From positions 1-22,625 of the forward strand of contig CAYXEW010000036.1 of NCBI GenBank assembly GCA_964464115.1: a stretch of DNA of 22,625 bases, read 5' to 3'. Below are positions 8,345 through 17,864 of the stretch, piece by piece. Both the position numbers and the translations under genes were made by a program. The first letter of the stretch is position 1. Each line of letters starts with the position of its first letter. The notes beneath the pieces are model-generated. The model did not search any database, was not told the origin of the DNA, and saw nothing but the letters and a program-made list of their open reading frames with translations. The DNA comes from an uncultured Verrucomicrobiota bacterium (GTDB lineage Bacteria; Verrucomicrobiota; Kiritimatiellia; CAYTQP01; CAYXEW01).

Positions 8345-9418
8345 ATGAATAGAGTACTGATAACGATGATAACGGGGCTCGCCGTGACGGCGGGCGTAGT
8401 GATGGCCGGCGAGGAAACGAGCTGGGCTGATAAGATTAAATTGGGCGGTGATTTGCGTTATCGCCATGAGTACAAGGATGTGGATGAGAAAGTTGAGAGG
8501 CATCGCCAGCGCATCCGTTTGCGCGTCAGTGCGAGCGCCGAAGTCAACGATGCATTGAAGGTGATGGTACGCCTGGCGTCCGGCAGCGATGATCCGGTGT
8601 CCAGCAACCAGACACTCGACGACTTCGGTTCGTCTAAAAGCCTGAACCTGGATCGCGGGTATTTTGCGTGGTCTGTCATGGAAGGCGTGGAGTTGCTCGG
8701 CGGTAAAATGGCTAAACCTTTCATCTGTGTGTCGGACCTGATCTGGGACGGCGATTACAACCCGGAAGGTCTGGCCGCCAAGGCTGAAATGGGTGCCCTG
8801 ATGGCCTCTGCCGGTTATCTGTGGATCGATGAGCGCAGCGGCGATGAAGATGACGGCATGCTGTATGTCGGCCAAGTGGCCGGGCAAATGGACATGGATG
8901 ACATAAGCGTACTCGTCGGTGCCAGTCTGTACTATTATGACAACCTCGAAGGCGAAGCCCTGTATGACGGCGACAGTTTTGGTAACAGCACTGTGACCGT
9001 CGGCGAGGGAGATGACGCCGGAGAAGTGTTTGCCACCGGGTTTGAAGAGATTGAAGGGTTTGCCCAGATTAAAATGAACATGGGTATGCCTGTGACACTG
9101 TACGGGCAGTATGTTGTCAATGAGGGTGCCGATGATAATGATACCGGCTACCTGGCGGGTGTGAGCCTGGGTAAGGCTAAGGCCGCGGGCAGCATGGCTG
9201 TCGGTTACAACTACCGCGATCTCGAAGCCGATGCGGTGCTGGGTGCTTTGAGCGATTCGGATATGGCCGGAGGCGGCAGTGATATCAAAGGTCATAAGAT
9301 ATCCGCAAAATATCAGATTGCGAAAAACTGGCAACTGGCCGCTGCTTATTTGATCGGCGAAGCCGCTGGCAGCACCGATTACAATACCCTTCAGGTCGAT
9401 CTTGTTGCTAAGTTCTAA
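8345..9418 (+). CDS. outer-membrane beta-barrel porin, candidate phosphate-regulated porin
   Basis: Signal peptide 'MNRVLITMITGLAVTAGVVMA'. The C-terminus '...QVDLVAKF' ends in Phe, the OMP sorting signature. Alternating amphipathic strands are present. The SD-like repeat ACAGGAGACAGGAGA precedes the ATG at 8345. An Arg-rich N-terminal strand 'DLRYRHEYKD...ERHRQRIRLRV' is reminiscent of the Porin_O_P family. The gene sits between phoR and phoU. Confidence 0.6.
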   Translation: MNRVLITMITGLAVTAGVVMAGEETSWADKIKLGGDLRYRHEYKDVDEKVERHRQRIRLRVSASAEVNDALKVMVRLASGSDDPVSSNQTLDDFGSSKSLNLDRGYFAWSVMEGVELLGGKMAKPFICVSDLIWDGDYNPEGLAAKAEMGALMASAGYLWIDERSGDEDDGMLYVGQVAGQMDMDDISVLVGASLYYYDNLEGEALYDGDSFGNSTVTVGEGDDAGEVFATGFEEIEGFAQIKMNMGMPVTLYGQYVVNEGADDNDTGYLAGVSLGKAKAAGSMAVGYNYRDLEADAVLGALSDSDMAGGGSDIKGHKISAKYQIAKNWQLAAAYLIGEAAGSTDYNTLQVDLVAKF

Positions 9419-9426
9419 CCTGAATA

Positions 9427-9447
9427 GATCGGGCTGAAAGCCTGATC
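9427..9447 (+). other. stable hairpin (9-bp stem with one G.U pair, 3-nt loop) downstream of porin gene
   Basis: GATCGGGCT-GAA-AGCCTGATC, found by self-complementarity. Confidence 0.4.
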
Positions 9448-9463
9448 AAATTAGTTGGAAAGA

Positions 9464-9492
9464 GGGCTCGCCTTGCGGCGGGCCCTTTTTTT
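9464..9492 (+). terminator. rho-independent terminator after porin gene
   Basis: GGGCTCGCC-TTGC-GGCGGGCCC forms a 9-bp GC-rich stem with one U.G pair, followed by TTTTTTT. Confidence 0.75.
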
Positions 9493-9533
9493 ACTATCGT
9501 TTACTTGTACGCAACGAACGGGAATGTATTGCT

Positions 9534-10196
9534 ATGTCGATTTTACTGCTTCACGAAATTGAAGAACTTAAGAAAAAATTGCTAACGCTGGCCGCGATGG
9601 CCAATGAAAATGTCGGGTTGGCTGTAAAGGCTGTCCAGGAGCGCGATGAGGAGCTGACAAAACGCGTTATTCAGGGCGATACTGAAATCGACAGTATGGA
9701 GATCGAGCTGGAGGAGGATGCGTTGAAGATTCTGGCGCTTCATCAACCGGTGGCCGTGGATCTTCGCTTTATTGTGGCGGCCTTGAAAATCAACAATGAC
9801 CTGGAACGCATCGGGGATTTAGCTGTTAATATTGCCAAACGCGGCCGATCCTTGCGGGGCTGCCCGGTGCCGGATCAGCCTTTGAATATTCTGGATATGG
9901 CTGATAAAGTGAAAACGATACTGGATCTCAGCCTGCAGTCCGTCGTTCGGCTGGATGCGGATATTGCCCGCCATGTTCTCGCTTCAGACAATGAAATTGA
10001 CGATATGAATAAAAAGGCGCGCCGCATGATCATCGAGGGAATGAAGCGCAATGTGGATCATGTGGAAACCTACTGTTATTATCTCAATGTCTCCAGGAAC
10101 CTGGAGCGTATTGGAGATCATGCGACCAATATTGCAGAGGACGTACTCTACCTGGTCGAGGGCGTAATTATCCGGCACGGCGCCGAACCCATGTAA
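9534..10196 (+). CDS. phoU: phosphate signalling complex protein PhoU
   Basis: 220 aa with two PhoU repeats, 'ALKINNDLERIGDLAVNIAKR' and 'YLNVSRNLERIGDHATNIAEDV'. It is a stand-alone gene with no adjacent pstSCAB. Confidence 0.88.
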   Translation: MSILLLHEIEELKKKLLTLAAMANENVGLAVKAVQERDEELTKRVIQGDTEIDSMEIELEEDALKILALHQPVAVDLRFIVAALKINNDLERIGDLAVNIAKRGRSLRGCPVPDQPLNILDMADKVKTILDLSLQSVVRLDADIARHVLASDNEIDDMNKKARRMIIEGMKRNVDHVETYCYYLNVSRNLERIGDHATNIAEDVLYLVEGVIIRHGAEPM

Positions 10197-10225
10197 GGGT
10201 TACTATATTTTTTTGTTTAGAATGA

Positions 10226-10254
10226 TTGACAGACTCGGGCGGGTTGGCTATCTT
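10226..10254 (+). promoter_or_regulatory. sigma70-like promoter for rplM-rpsI: TTGACA, 17 nt spacer, TATCTT
   Basis: Perfect -35 hexamer at 10226-10231, a 17-nt spacer, and a -10-like TATCTT at 10249-10254. It lies about 45 nt upstream of the rplM start. Confidence 0.5.
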
Positions 10255-10298
10255 CCCGCTCCTGCATTAATAGTCGGGAAGCTTGAGGGTTTAAGTAG

Positions 10299-10730
10299 AT
10301 GAAAACGTTTATGCCTAAAGAGGCAGATATTAGTAGAAACTGGTTTATAGTAGATGCCGCCGGTAAACCGGCAGGGCGTCTGGCTGTTGAGATATCCACT
10401 GTATTGCGGGGGAAACACAAGCCCACGTATACACCGCATGTGGATGCCGGTGATTTTGTCGTCGTGGTTAACGCCGGAAAAGTGGCCCTGACCGGGAAAA
10501 AAGAAGACGATAAGATTTATCAGCATTTCACCGGTTATCCCAGTGGTCGAAAGGAATATAAAGCGAGCTTTGTTCGCCGAAAACACCCCGATCGCATTAT
10601 TCGGCAGGCCGTAAGGGGTATGATGCCGAAAAACCGTTCTGCTCGGCACATGATGACGCGTTTAAAAGTGTATCCAGGGGCTGAACATCCGCACCAGGCG
10701 CAAAAGCCGCAGGAATTGATGGCCGGTTAA
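10299..10730 (+). CDS. rplM: 50S ribosomal protein L13
   Basis: '[29 protein letters not shown]...' is a canonical L13 sequence. Length is 143 aa. Confidence 0.95.
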   Translation: MKTFMPKEADISRNWFIVDAAGKPAGRLAVEISTVLRGKHKPTYTPHVDAGDFVVVVNAGKVALTGKKEDDKIYQHFTGYPSGRKEYKASFVRRKHPDRIIRQAVRGMMPKNRSARHMMTRLKVYPGAEHPHQAQKPQELMAG

Positions 10731-10746
10731 GTAGAGGAAGAGACGT

Positions 10747-11151
10747 ATGGCAGCAAAAAAGAAAGCAGTTGAATTTACCGCAACAGGCCGCAGGAAAACA
10801 TCGGTCGCAAGGGTGCGATTGGCTCACGGTGTGGGCAAAGTCTGTGTGAATGGAAAACCTCTCGAAGAGTACTTCCCGAATATATCGTTGCAGCGTTTTG
10901 TCGCGCAGCCGTTTGAAGTGACCAGCACGAAGGATCAGTTTGACATTTCAGCAAACCTCAATGGTGGCGGTCTGGTGGGACAGGCGGGCGCCCTTCGCCA
11001 TGGCATTTCCCGCGCGCTCATTCAGGCGGATGAGGCCTTGAAAGATGCGCTCAAAACCAGCGGATGCCTGACGCGTGATCCCAGAATGAAAGAGCGTAAA
11101 AAACCCGGTCAGCCCGGGGCGCGAAAACGCTTCCAGTTCTCAAAACGATAG
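10747..11151 (+). CDS. rpsI: 30S ribosomal protein S9
   Basis: 'ATGRRKTSVARVRL...' with C-terminus '...RKRFQFSKR'. Length is 134 aa and it lies 16 nt after rplM. Confidence 0.95.
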   Translation: MAAKKKAVEFTATGRRKTSVARVRLAHGVGKVCVNGKPLEEYFPNISLQRFVAQPFEVTSTKDQFDISANLNGGGLVGQAGALRHGISRALIQADEALKDALKTSGCLTRDPRMKERKKPGQPGARKRFQFSKR

Positions 11152-11175
11152 AATTGGAAATGCGTTACAGAAAAG

Positions 11176-11207
11176 CCCCGACAGTGTTTACACTCTCGGG
11201 GTTTTTT
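11176..11207 (+). terminator. rho-independent terminator after rpsI
   Basis: CCCCGACAGTG-TTTA-CACTCTCGGGG forms an 11-bp stem with one mismatch, followed by TTTTTT. Confidence 0.75.
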
Positions 11208-11246
11208 CGTTGCATTTCGTGGGGTGGAATATGAATGGAGTACACT

Positions 11247-12416
11247 ATGCATTTACCACTGAAGTTTAAGGCGGCGGGAATTGCCGCCGGTATAAAGAAA
11301 AACGGACGGAAGGATATGGCCATGCTGGTCAGCGAGGTTCCTGCGTCTGCTGCGGCCGTTTTTACCGTCAATAAAATGAAGGCGGCCCCCGTGATTGTTT
11401 CGCGCCGTCAGTGCCGGTCCGGTGGGAAGATGAAGGCCGTCGTTGTCAACAGCGGAAATGCCAATGCCTGTACGGGTGCGGCAGGCTTGAAAGATGCCGA
11501 GTCCATGGTGGAAAAGGCGGCTGCTTCACTGGGGGTCCCGCCGGCTGAAGTGCTGGTTTGCTCGACCGGGAGCATTGGTGTCCCCCTGCCAATGGACTGC
11601 ATCATGTCCGGTATTGAACGGCTGGCTGACTCCTGTTCGGAAAACGGTTTAATGAGTGCCGCTGAGGCTGTCATGACCACCGATACGCACCCGAAGGTGC
11701 TCGCAAAGCAACTAGAGATAGATGGAAAACAGATAACCCTGACGGGGCTGGCCAAAGGGGCGGGCATGATCGAGCCCCACATGGCGACCATGCTGGCCTT
11801 TATCCTGACGGATGCAGGGTGTAACACATCGGCTCTGCAGTCTCTGCTGGAGGAGGGGGTGAATCAGAGTTTCAACCGGATTTCCATCGATGGCGACCAG
11901 AGCACCAACGATACGGTGATGATGCTGGCCAACGGTGCCGCCGGTAACGAAGCATTGGATGAGCGCCACCCGCAGTGGTCCGTTTTTGCGGCGGCGGTGC
12001 GGGAGCTGATGTTTGCATTGGCAATGATGATTGTTCAGGATGGAGAGGGCGCCAAAAAATGTATCACGGTGGCGGTCAGGGGGGCGGCATCGGTATCCGA
12101 TGCTGAAAAAGCCGCCCGCGCCGTGGCCCGCTCTTTTCTCGTCAAAACGGGATGGTCCGGTCCCTCTTCGCAATGGGGTCGCATTATGGATGTGCTGGGC
12201 TACTGTGGGGCCGCTGTAGATCCCGACCGCGTGTCGGTGGCCTATGATGACGTGATGGCTGTTGAAAAAGGCACGGTTGCGGCCGGGGAAGCGGCGCTCA
12301 GGGATGTCGTCGGTAAATCTGAATTCACAGTTACCATTGATTTACATATCGGTTCGGGGCACTATGAGATCTATACCTGTGAGATTACAGAAGAATATGT
12401 CCGTATCAACCAGTGA
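11247..12416 (+). CDS. argJ: bifunctional glutamate N-acetyltransferase / amino-acid acetyltransferase ArgJ
   Basis: The autoproteolytic 'HMATMLAFILTDAG' (ATML) site is present. The N-terminus 'LPLKFKAAGIAAGIKKNGRKDMAML' is typical of ArgJ. The likely start is the ATG at 11247, with GGAG 6 nt upstream; the ORF finder starts at 11235. Confidence 0.9.
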   Translation: MHLPLKFKAAGIAAGIKKNGRKDMAMLVSEVPASAAAVFTVNKMKAAPVIVSRRQCRSGGKMKAVVVNSGNANACTGAAGLKDAESMVEKAAASLGVPPAEVLVCSTGSIGVPLPMDCIMSGIERLADSCSENGLMSAAEAVMTTDTHPKVLAKQLEIDGKQITLTGLAKGAGMIEPHMATMLAFILTDAGCNTSALQSLLEEGVNQSFNRISIDGDQSTNDTVMMLANGAAGNEALDERHPQWSVFAAAVRELMFALAMMIVQDGEGAKKCITVAVRGAASVSDAEKAARAVARSFLVKTGWSGPSSQWGRIMDVLGYCGAAVDPDRVSVAYDDVMAVEKGTVAAGEAALRDVVGKSEFTVTIDLHIGSGHYEIYTCEITEEYVRINQ

Positions 12417-12422
12417 TTCAGC

Positions 12423-13295
12423 ATGGAAAAATTTATAGAAAAAGCAGATATTCTGATCGAGGCACTGCCGTTTATTCAGCGCTTCCGCAACGAGACCGTA
12501 GTGGTCAAATTCGGCGGTTCGATCATGGAGAACGCAGGGGCCGTGCGCGGTATTCTCGAAGATGTCGCATTCATGGAATGTGTGGGATTGCGCCCGGTAC
12601 TGGTTCACGGTGGTGGCAAGGCGATATCGCGCGCTCTGGAGGATCGCCGGATAGAATCCCGCTTCCTGCAGGGGCTGAGGGTAACCGATGAGGTGACGCT
12701 GGACATTGCGGCCGAAGTGCTCAACCAGCAGGTGAATCCAGGGATGGTCCAGATGATACAGGAATTTGGCTGTAAAGCCCGGGGCCTGCACGGGGACCAC
12801 ATCCTGTCGGCCGAAAAGCATACCGCTCGGGATCCGGAGACCGGCGCGGTGCTGGACTGGGGCTTTGTCGGAAATGTGACACACGTCGATACAGAGCTCG
12901 TCAGGGCTTTCCAGATGGCGGAAATTGTACCCGTTATCACCCCGCTCGCGCGCGATGGAAACAAGCAGTTGTATAATGTCAATGCGGATGAGGTGGCCAA
13001 CGCGGTTGCCCGCGAAATGAAAGCCCGCAAATTGGTTTATTTATCGGATGTCCCCGGGCTCCTGCGAAACCCGGAAGATCATCATTCCATCATTTCGACG
13101 GTTTCAGTGGCAGAGGTGGACGGTCTCATCGGGCAGGGGGTCATCAGCGGCGGAATGCTGCCCAAAATGAACGGAGCCCTGAGGGCGCTGCAGGCGGGCG
13201 TGAAAAAAGTGCATATGATTGATTCCTTTATGCCGCATTCGCTGCTGCTCGAATTATTTACCGAAAAGGGTGTGGGAACGGAAATTGTACATTAG
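12423..13295 (+). CDS. argB: acetylglutamate kinase
   Basis: 'VVKFGGS' amino-acid-kinase motif, 290 aa. It starts 6 nt after argJ. Confidence 0.9.
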   Translation: MEKFIEKADILIEALPFIQRFRNETVVVKFGGSIMENAGAVRGILEDVAFMECVGLRPVLVHGGGKAISRALEDRRIESRFLQGLRVTDEVTLDIAAEVLNQQVNPGMVQMIQEFGCKARGLHGDHILSAEKHTARDPETGAVLDWGFVGNVTHVDTELVRAFQMAEIVPVITPLARDGNKQLYNVNADEVANAVAREMKARKLVYLSDVPGLLRNPEDHHSIISTVSVAEVDGLIGQGVISGGMLPKMNGALRALQAGVKKVHMIDSFMPHSLLLELFTEKGVGTEIVH

Positions 13296-13381
13296 CCTGC
13301 AGGGCGGTACCCGGTCGCGGCGCGTCTGCTGCCAGAGGATAGCCTGAAAACCAGCAATCAAAATGACCTTATAAGGATAGG

Positions 13382-14569
13382 ATGATGAGAACTGAGGAAA
13401 TACAGAAGTTGCACGAAGCATATGTGATGCCCACCTATGCGCCGGGACTGGCGCTGGTAAAAGGGGAGGGCGCCTATGTATGGGATGCTGACGGCAGGCG
13501 TTACCTGGATTTTCTGTCGGGTATTGCGGTGACGAATGTGGGCCACTGCCACCCTCGGCTGTCCGCGGCGATCGCCGCGCAGGCTAACACCCTCATGCAT
13601 GTCTCCAACCTCTATTTCAATGAGCACCAGCCCCGGCTGGCACGCGCTTTGTCAGAACGATCGCTGGACGGTAAGTGTTTCTTCTGCAACTCGGGCGCCG
13701 AAGCCAATGAAGCCCTGATTAAATTGGCCCGGCTGTGGGGGGCGAGCCGTGGAAAATATGAAATTCTAAGCATGCGGAATTCCTTTCACGGCCGTACGCT
13801 GGCCACCTTGACGGCGACCGGTCAGGCGAAGGTGCAGAAGGGTTTTGACCCCCTGCCCGAAGGATTTGTCTACAGCAACTTTAATGATCTGGAAATGTGC
13901 AGCGCGGGCATCACCGGAAAAACGGCTGCCATTCTGGTCGAAGCGGTACAGGGAGAGGGCGGCGTTGTGCCCGCACAACCGGAATTCCTTACCGGCTTGC
14001 GCAAGCTGTGCGATGAAAAGGAGATGTTACTCCTGTTTGATGAAGTGCAGTGCGGCATGGGGCGCACCGGCCACTGGTTCGGGTATCAGGCGTATCCTGT
14101 GATGCCGGATGCCATCGCTCTGGCAAAAGGGCTCGGCGGCGGGTTTCCCATGGGAGCGATCAGCGTGGCCCCGCAGGTTGCGGACATCTTTCAACCGGGT
14201 CACCATGCTACGACCTTCGGCGGCACGCCGCTGGCCTGTGCCGCCGCTCTTGCCGTCATCGATATTATCGAAGAAGAGCGGTTGCTGGAGAATACCGTCG
14301 CCATGGGATGCGCTTTAATTGAGGGGCTCGTGGACATCACGCGCAAATACAGTTTTATCAGGGAAGTGCGGGGGCTGGGGCTGATGCTGGGTCTCGTGCT
14401 GGAAAGACCCGCTAAAGAGCTGGAGGTCCTTTTGCAGCAGAAAGGGCTGATCACATTGGCGACAGCCGGCAATGTGCTGAGATTGCTGCCGCCCATGATT
14501 ATTTGCATGGAGCAGGTCGAAGAGGCGCTGGCCATACTGGATCAGGGATGTAGTGAATGTGCAGAGTAA
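13382..14569 (+). CDS. argD: acetylornithine aminotransferase (class III PLP aminotransferase)
   Basis: '[10 protein letters not shown]' and '[14 protein letters not shown]' are present, the latter containing the PLP-lysine context. Length is 395 aa. Confidence 0.88.
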   Translation: MMRTEEIQKLHEAYVMPTYAPGLALVKGEGAYVWDADGRRYLDFLSGIAVTNVGHCHPRLSAAIAAQANTLMHVSNLYFNEHQPRLARALSERSLDGKCFFCNSGAEANEALIKLARLWGASRGKYEILSMRNSFHGRTLATLTATGQAKVQKGFDPLPEGFVYSNFNDLEMCSAGITGKTAAILVEAVQGEGGVVPAQPEFLTGLRKLCDEKEMLLLFDEVQCGMGRTGHWFGYQAYPVMPDAIALAKGLGGGFPMGAISVAPQVADIFQPGHHATTFGGTPLACAAALAVIDIIEEERLLENTVAMGCALIEGLVDITRKYSFIREVRGLGLMLGLVLERPAKELEVLLQQKGLITLATAGNVLRLLPPMIICMEQVEEALAILDQGCSECAE

Positions 14570-14587
14570 TGGTAAGGGAGAATATAC

Positions 14588-15794
14588 AATGAAAGTAGTG
14601 TTGGCTTATTCTGGCGGGTTGGATACATCCGTTATATTGACTTGGCTCAAAGAAAAATATGAGGCCGAGGTGATTGCCTTTGCAGCCGATGTCGGGCAGG
14701 AAGAAGAGCTGGACGGCCTGGACGAAAAAGCAAAGAATACCGGTGCTTCTAAAGTCTATATCGATGATTTGCGCGCGGAATTTGCCGCCGATTTTGTTTA
14801 TCCCATGGCGCGTGCCGGGGCTGTCTATGAATCTGGCTACATGCTGGGCACGTCCATCGCCCGCCCCCTCATTGCCAAAAGACTGGTGGAGATAGCGCGC
14901 GAAAACGGTGCCGAAGCCATTTGCCACGGGGCGACGGGAAAAGGGAATGACCAGGTGCGCTTCGAACTGACGGCCTACGCGCTTCAGCCGGATATCAACA
15001 TTATCGCCCCCTGGCGGGAATGGAGTTTTAAATCGCGGACTGATCTCATTGAGTACGCAAAAGCGCACGGCATAGCAGTCCCCGTTACGGCGGCCAAACC
15101 GTACAGCATGGATCGAAACCTGTTGCATATCAGTTATGAAGGGGGGGTGCTCGAAGATCCCTGGAATGAAGCGCCCGAAGATATGTATAAACTGACTGTT
15201 GATCCCCGCCGGGCACCGGACGAGCCGGAAAGCGTTGAGATCACTTTTGATAAGGGAAATGCCGTCGCCGTCAATGGCGATGCGATGTCCCCGCTGGAGG
15301 TCATGCTGACGCTCAACAAAGTCGCCGGCCGGCATGGCATCGGCCGGATCGATATCGTGGAAAACAGGTTTGTCGGCATGAAGAGTCGCGGCGTCTATGA
15401 GACCCCGGGGGGAACCATCCTCTATAAAGCCCGTGAAGCCGTAGAGCAAATCACCATGGATCGCGAAGTGCTGTATCAGCGCGATGCGATGATTCCCCAG
15501 TATGCCCGACAGGTATACAACGGGTTCTGGTTTGCACCGGAGCGGGAAATGCTGCAGGCTGCCATAGACCAGGCCGCTGCCTGTGTGAGCGGCACGGCCC
15601 GCCTCCGCCTCTACAAGGGAAGCTGTGTCGTGACGGGAAGAAAGTCAGACCAGTCCCTCTATAATGCGGAACTGGCCACCTTTGAAGAAGATGACGTGTA
15701 TGATCAACATGACGCCGGCGGTTTTATTAAGCTCAACGCATTGCGCTTGCGGTTGAGGAACCGGGCGGCAAACGGAAAGGAAGATTCATTATGA
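14588..15794 (+). CDS. argG: argininosuccinate synthase
   Basis: '[15 protein letters not shown]' is the PP-loop motif. AAGGGAG lies 9 nt upstream of the ATG at 14588; the ORF finder's 14553 start overlaps the argD end. Length is about 402 aa. Confidence 0.92.
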
Positions 15795-16582
15795 AAAAAG
15801 TAGGAACCCTATTGGTATTGTTGTGTGTGCTGTCGACCACATCGTGTGTCAAAGTTATTGAAGACGGTCAGGTCGGTATAAAGATTTCTTTTGGCCGCAT
15901 CCGCGAAGCGGCGCTGAACTCCGGTATACATTTTTATCTGCCCATGGTGACTTACATTGAAAACTGGAATGTAAAAACCCTGGAGATCAAAGAAAAAGCC
16001 CGCGTACCGTCTTCAGAAGGCCTCATTTCAGAGCTCGATGTGTCGATCATTTACAATATTGATTCCGTAAGTGCGGTCAAGGTGAGAAAGACTATTGGAA
16101 GAAACTATGAGACGATGGTCCTGCAGCCTTATGTACGCGACGCCATTCGAACGGTCGCCAGCGGCTATCCGGTCAAGGCGCTTTTCAGTGATACGGGCCG
16201 AACCGATATCAGCGAGCGCATCCTGAAACTGTTGCAGAGCAAACTGAGTACCCGGGGCATCAGTATTCAGGATGTCCTGCTGCGGGATGTCACCTTGCCG
16301 AAAACCTTTTTGACGAGCATTGAGAGCAAGCTGAAGGCGGAGCAGGAGTCATTGCAGAAACAGTTTGAAATCGAGAAAGCCACAAAAGATGCGGAAATTG
16401 AAGTGGCCCGGGCCAGAGGTGTTGCCGAAGCCAATAAGATTATCGCTGAGAGCATCAGCTCCCAGTATATACAGTATCTCTGGGTGCAGGGGCTGAACGA
16501 CGGCAACTCGGAAGTCATCTATATTCCGACGGAGGCCAACATTCCGATTCTTGAAGCGACGCGCAACCTGGGGGCCCCGTAA
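15791..16582 (+). CDS. SPFH/band-7 (prohibitin/stomatin-like) domain lipoprotein
   Basis: Signal peptide plus lipobox '[10 protein letters not shown]'. A band-7 core runs from '[13 protein letters not shown]' to 'LRDVTLP'. A coiled-coil-like region follows, '...[38 protein letters not shown]'. An ATGA overlap couples it to the argG stop, and it ends 3 nt before lysA. Confidence 0.8.
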   Translation: MKKVGTLLVLLCVLSTTSCVKVIEDGQVGIKISFGRIREAALNSGIHFYLPMVTYIENWNVKTLEIKEKARVPSSEGLISELDVSIIYNIDSVSAVKVRKTIGRNYETMVLQPYVRDAIRTVASGYPVKALFSDTGRTDISERILKLLQSKLSTRGISIQDVLLRDVTLPKTFLTSIESKLKAEQESLQKQFEIEKATKDAEIEVARARGVAEANKIIAESISSQYIQYLWVQGLNDGNSEVIYIPTEANIPILEATRNLGAP

Positions 16583-16585
16583 GCC

Positions 16586-17833
16586 ATGGACTATTTCGGT
16601 TACAGGCAGGGCTCCTTATTTGCAGAGGATGTGGATGTCTCGGCATTGGCTGAAGAGTACGGCACACCGCTTTACGTGTACAGCCGTTCCCACCTGAAGG
16701 AGCAATACGCCAAGCTGGTCGACGTGCTGAAAGAAGTCGAGCCCACGATTTGCTATTCGGTAAAGTGCAACAGCACGCTCGGCGTGCTGCAGACCTTTCA
16801 GTCGCTCGGTGCCGGCGCCGATATTGTTTCGGGTGGCGAACTGTTCCGGGCCTTGCGCGCCGGCTTCAGGGCTGAGCAGATTGCCTTTGCGGGTGTGGGC
16901 AAGACCGCCGAAGAAATTGAGTTTGCCATCCGCGAGGGGATTCTCTATTTCACCGTCGAATCAGAGCCGGAGCTCGAACGCATTTCGGCCTGTGCGCAAA
17001 AGCTGGGCAAAACCGCGTGCATCGCTATGCGTGTGAATCCGGCGGTGGACCCCCAGACACACCGGTATACCAGCACGGGTAAAGGAGAGAGTAAGTTCGG
17101 CGTGGACCTCGTGCGCGCTGAGCGGGCCTTCGCATCCGCGGCCGCGTTGCCGGGTCTCGAAATTGCCGGGCTCCATATGCATATCGGTTCACCCATTATG
17201 GTGGTCGAACCCTATGCCGATGCCCTCGATAAAATTAAACCGCTCTGTCGTAAATTGAAGCAACTGTATCCCACCTTTCGGCATCTGGATATAGGGGGTG
17301 GACTGGGTATTAAATACCGGCCCGAAGATGAGCATTTTAATCTGGAAGCCTTTGCGGACATCGTCATACCTGCTGTAAAGGACCTGGACCTGCATCTGGC
17401 CATGGAGCCGGGACGGTTTTTGACCGGTAATGCGGGGATCCTCGTCACGCGCGTGCACTATGTAAAAGACAACCCGTTTAAGAAGTTCATTATTGTCGAT
17501 GCCGCTATGAACGACTTGTTGCGCCCTCCGCTGTACGAGGCGTATCACGAAGTGCGCGCAGTCAAGGCTACAGACCGGCATGTCTTCGGCGATGTGGTCG
17601 GTCCCATTTGTGAGTCCGGCGATTTCCTCGCTTTTGAAAGAGAGTTGCCGGCTGTGGAGCCGGGCGACCTGTTGTCCGTTATGAATGCGGGAGCGTACGG
17701 GTTTGCCATGGCTTCCAATTATAACAGCCGTCCCCGCTCTGCGGAAGTGATGGTGGAGCGGGGGCATCACGCCCTGATTCGCGCGCGGGAAACGGTAGAA
17801 GATCTCACTCGCGGGGAGCGGGGATTCGAATGA
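16586..17833 (+). CDS. lysA: diaminopimelate decarboxylase
   Basis: 'YSVKCNS' (PLP-Lys), 'GADIVSGGELFRAL', 'EPGRFL' and 'CESGD' motifs. Length is 415 aa. Confidence 0.92.
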   Translation: MDYFGYRQGSLFAEDVDVSALAEEYGTPLYVYSRSHLKEQYAKLVDVLKEVEPTICYSVKCNSTLGVLQTFQSLGAGADIVSGGELFRALRAGFRAEQIAFAGVGKTAEEIEFAIREGILYFTVESEPELERISACAQKLGKTACIAMRVNPAVDPQTHRYTSTGKGESKFGVDLVRAERAFASAAALPGLEIAGLHMHIGSPIMVVEPYADALDKIKPLCRKLKQLYPTFRHLDIGGGLGIKYRPEDEHFNLEAFADIVIPAVKDLDLHLAMEPGRFLTGNAGILVTRVHYVKDNPFKKFIIVDAAMNDLLRPPLYEAYHEVRAVKATDRHVFGDVVGPICESGDFLAFERELPAVEPGDLLSVMNAGAYGFAMASNYNSRPRSAEVMVERGHHALIRARETVEDLTRGERGFE

Positions 17834-17864
17834 AAATGAGAAGAGCCAACAAAATGGAGAACTT

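Noticed and set aside
8171-9334. 387-aa ORF on the - strand, antisense to the porin gene
   Set aside because: It lies fully inside the + strand porin CDS, which has a signal peptide, an SD, a C-terminal Phe and amphipathic strands. The antisense translation has no motifs and shows GC-rich antisense-frame bias. I treat it as a shadow ORF.
14499-15449. 316-aa ORF antisense to argG
   Set aside because: Shadow ORF. argG on the + strand is unambiguous from its PP-loop and full-length homology pattern.
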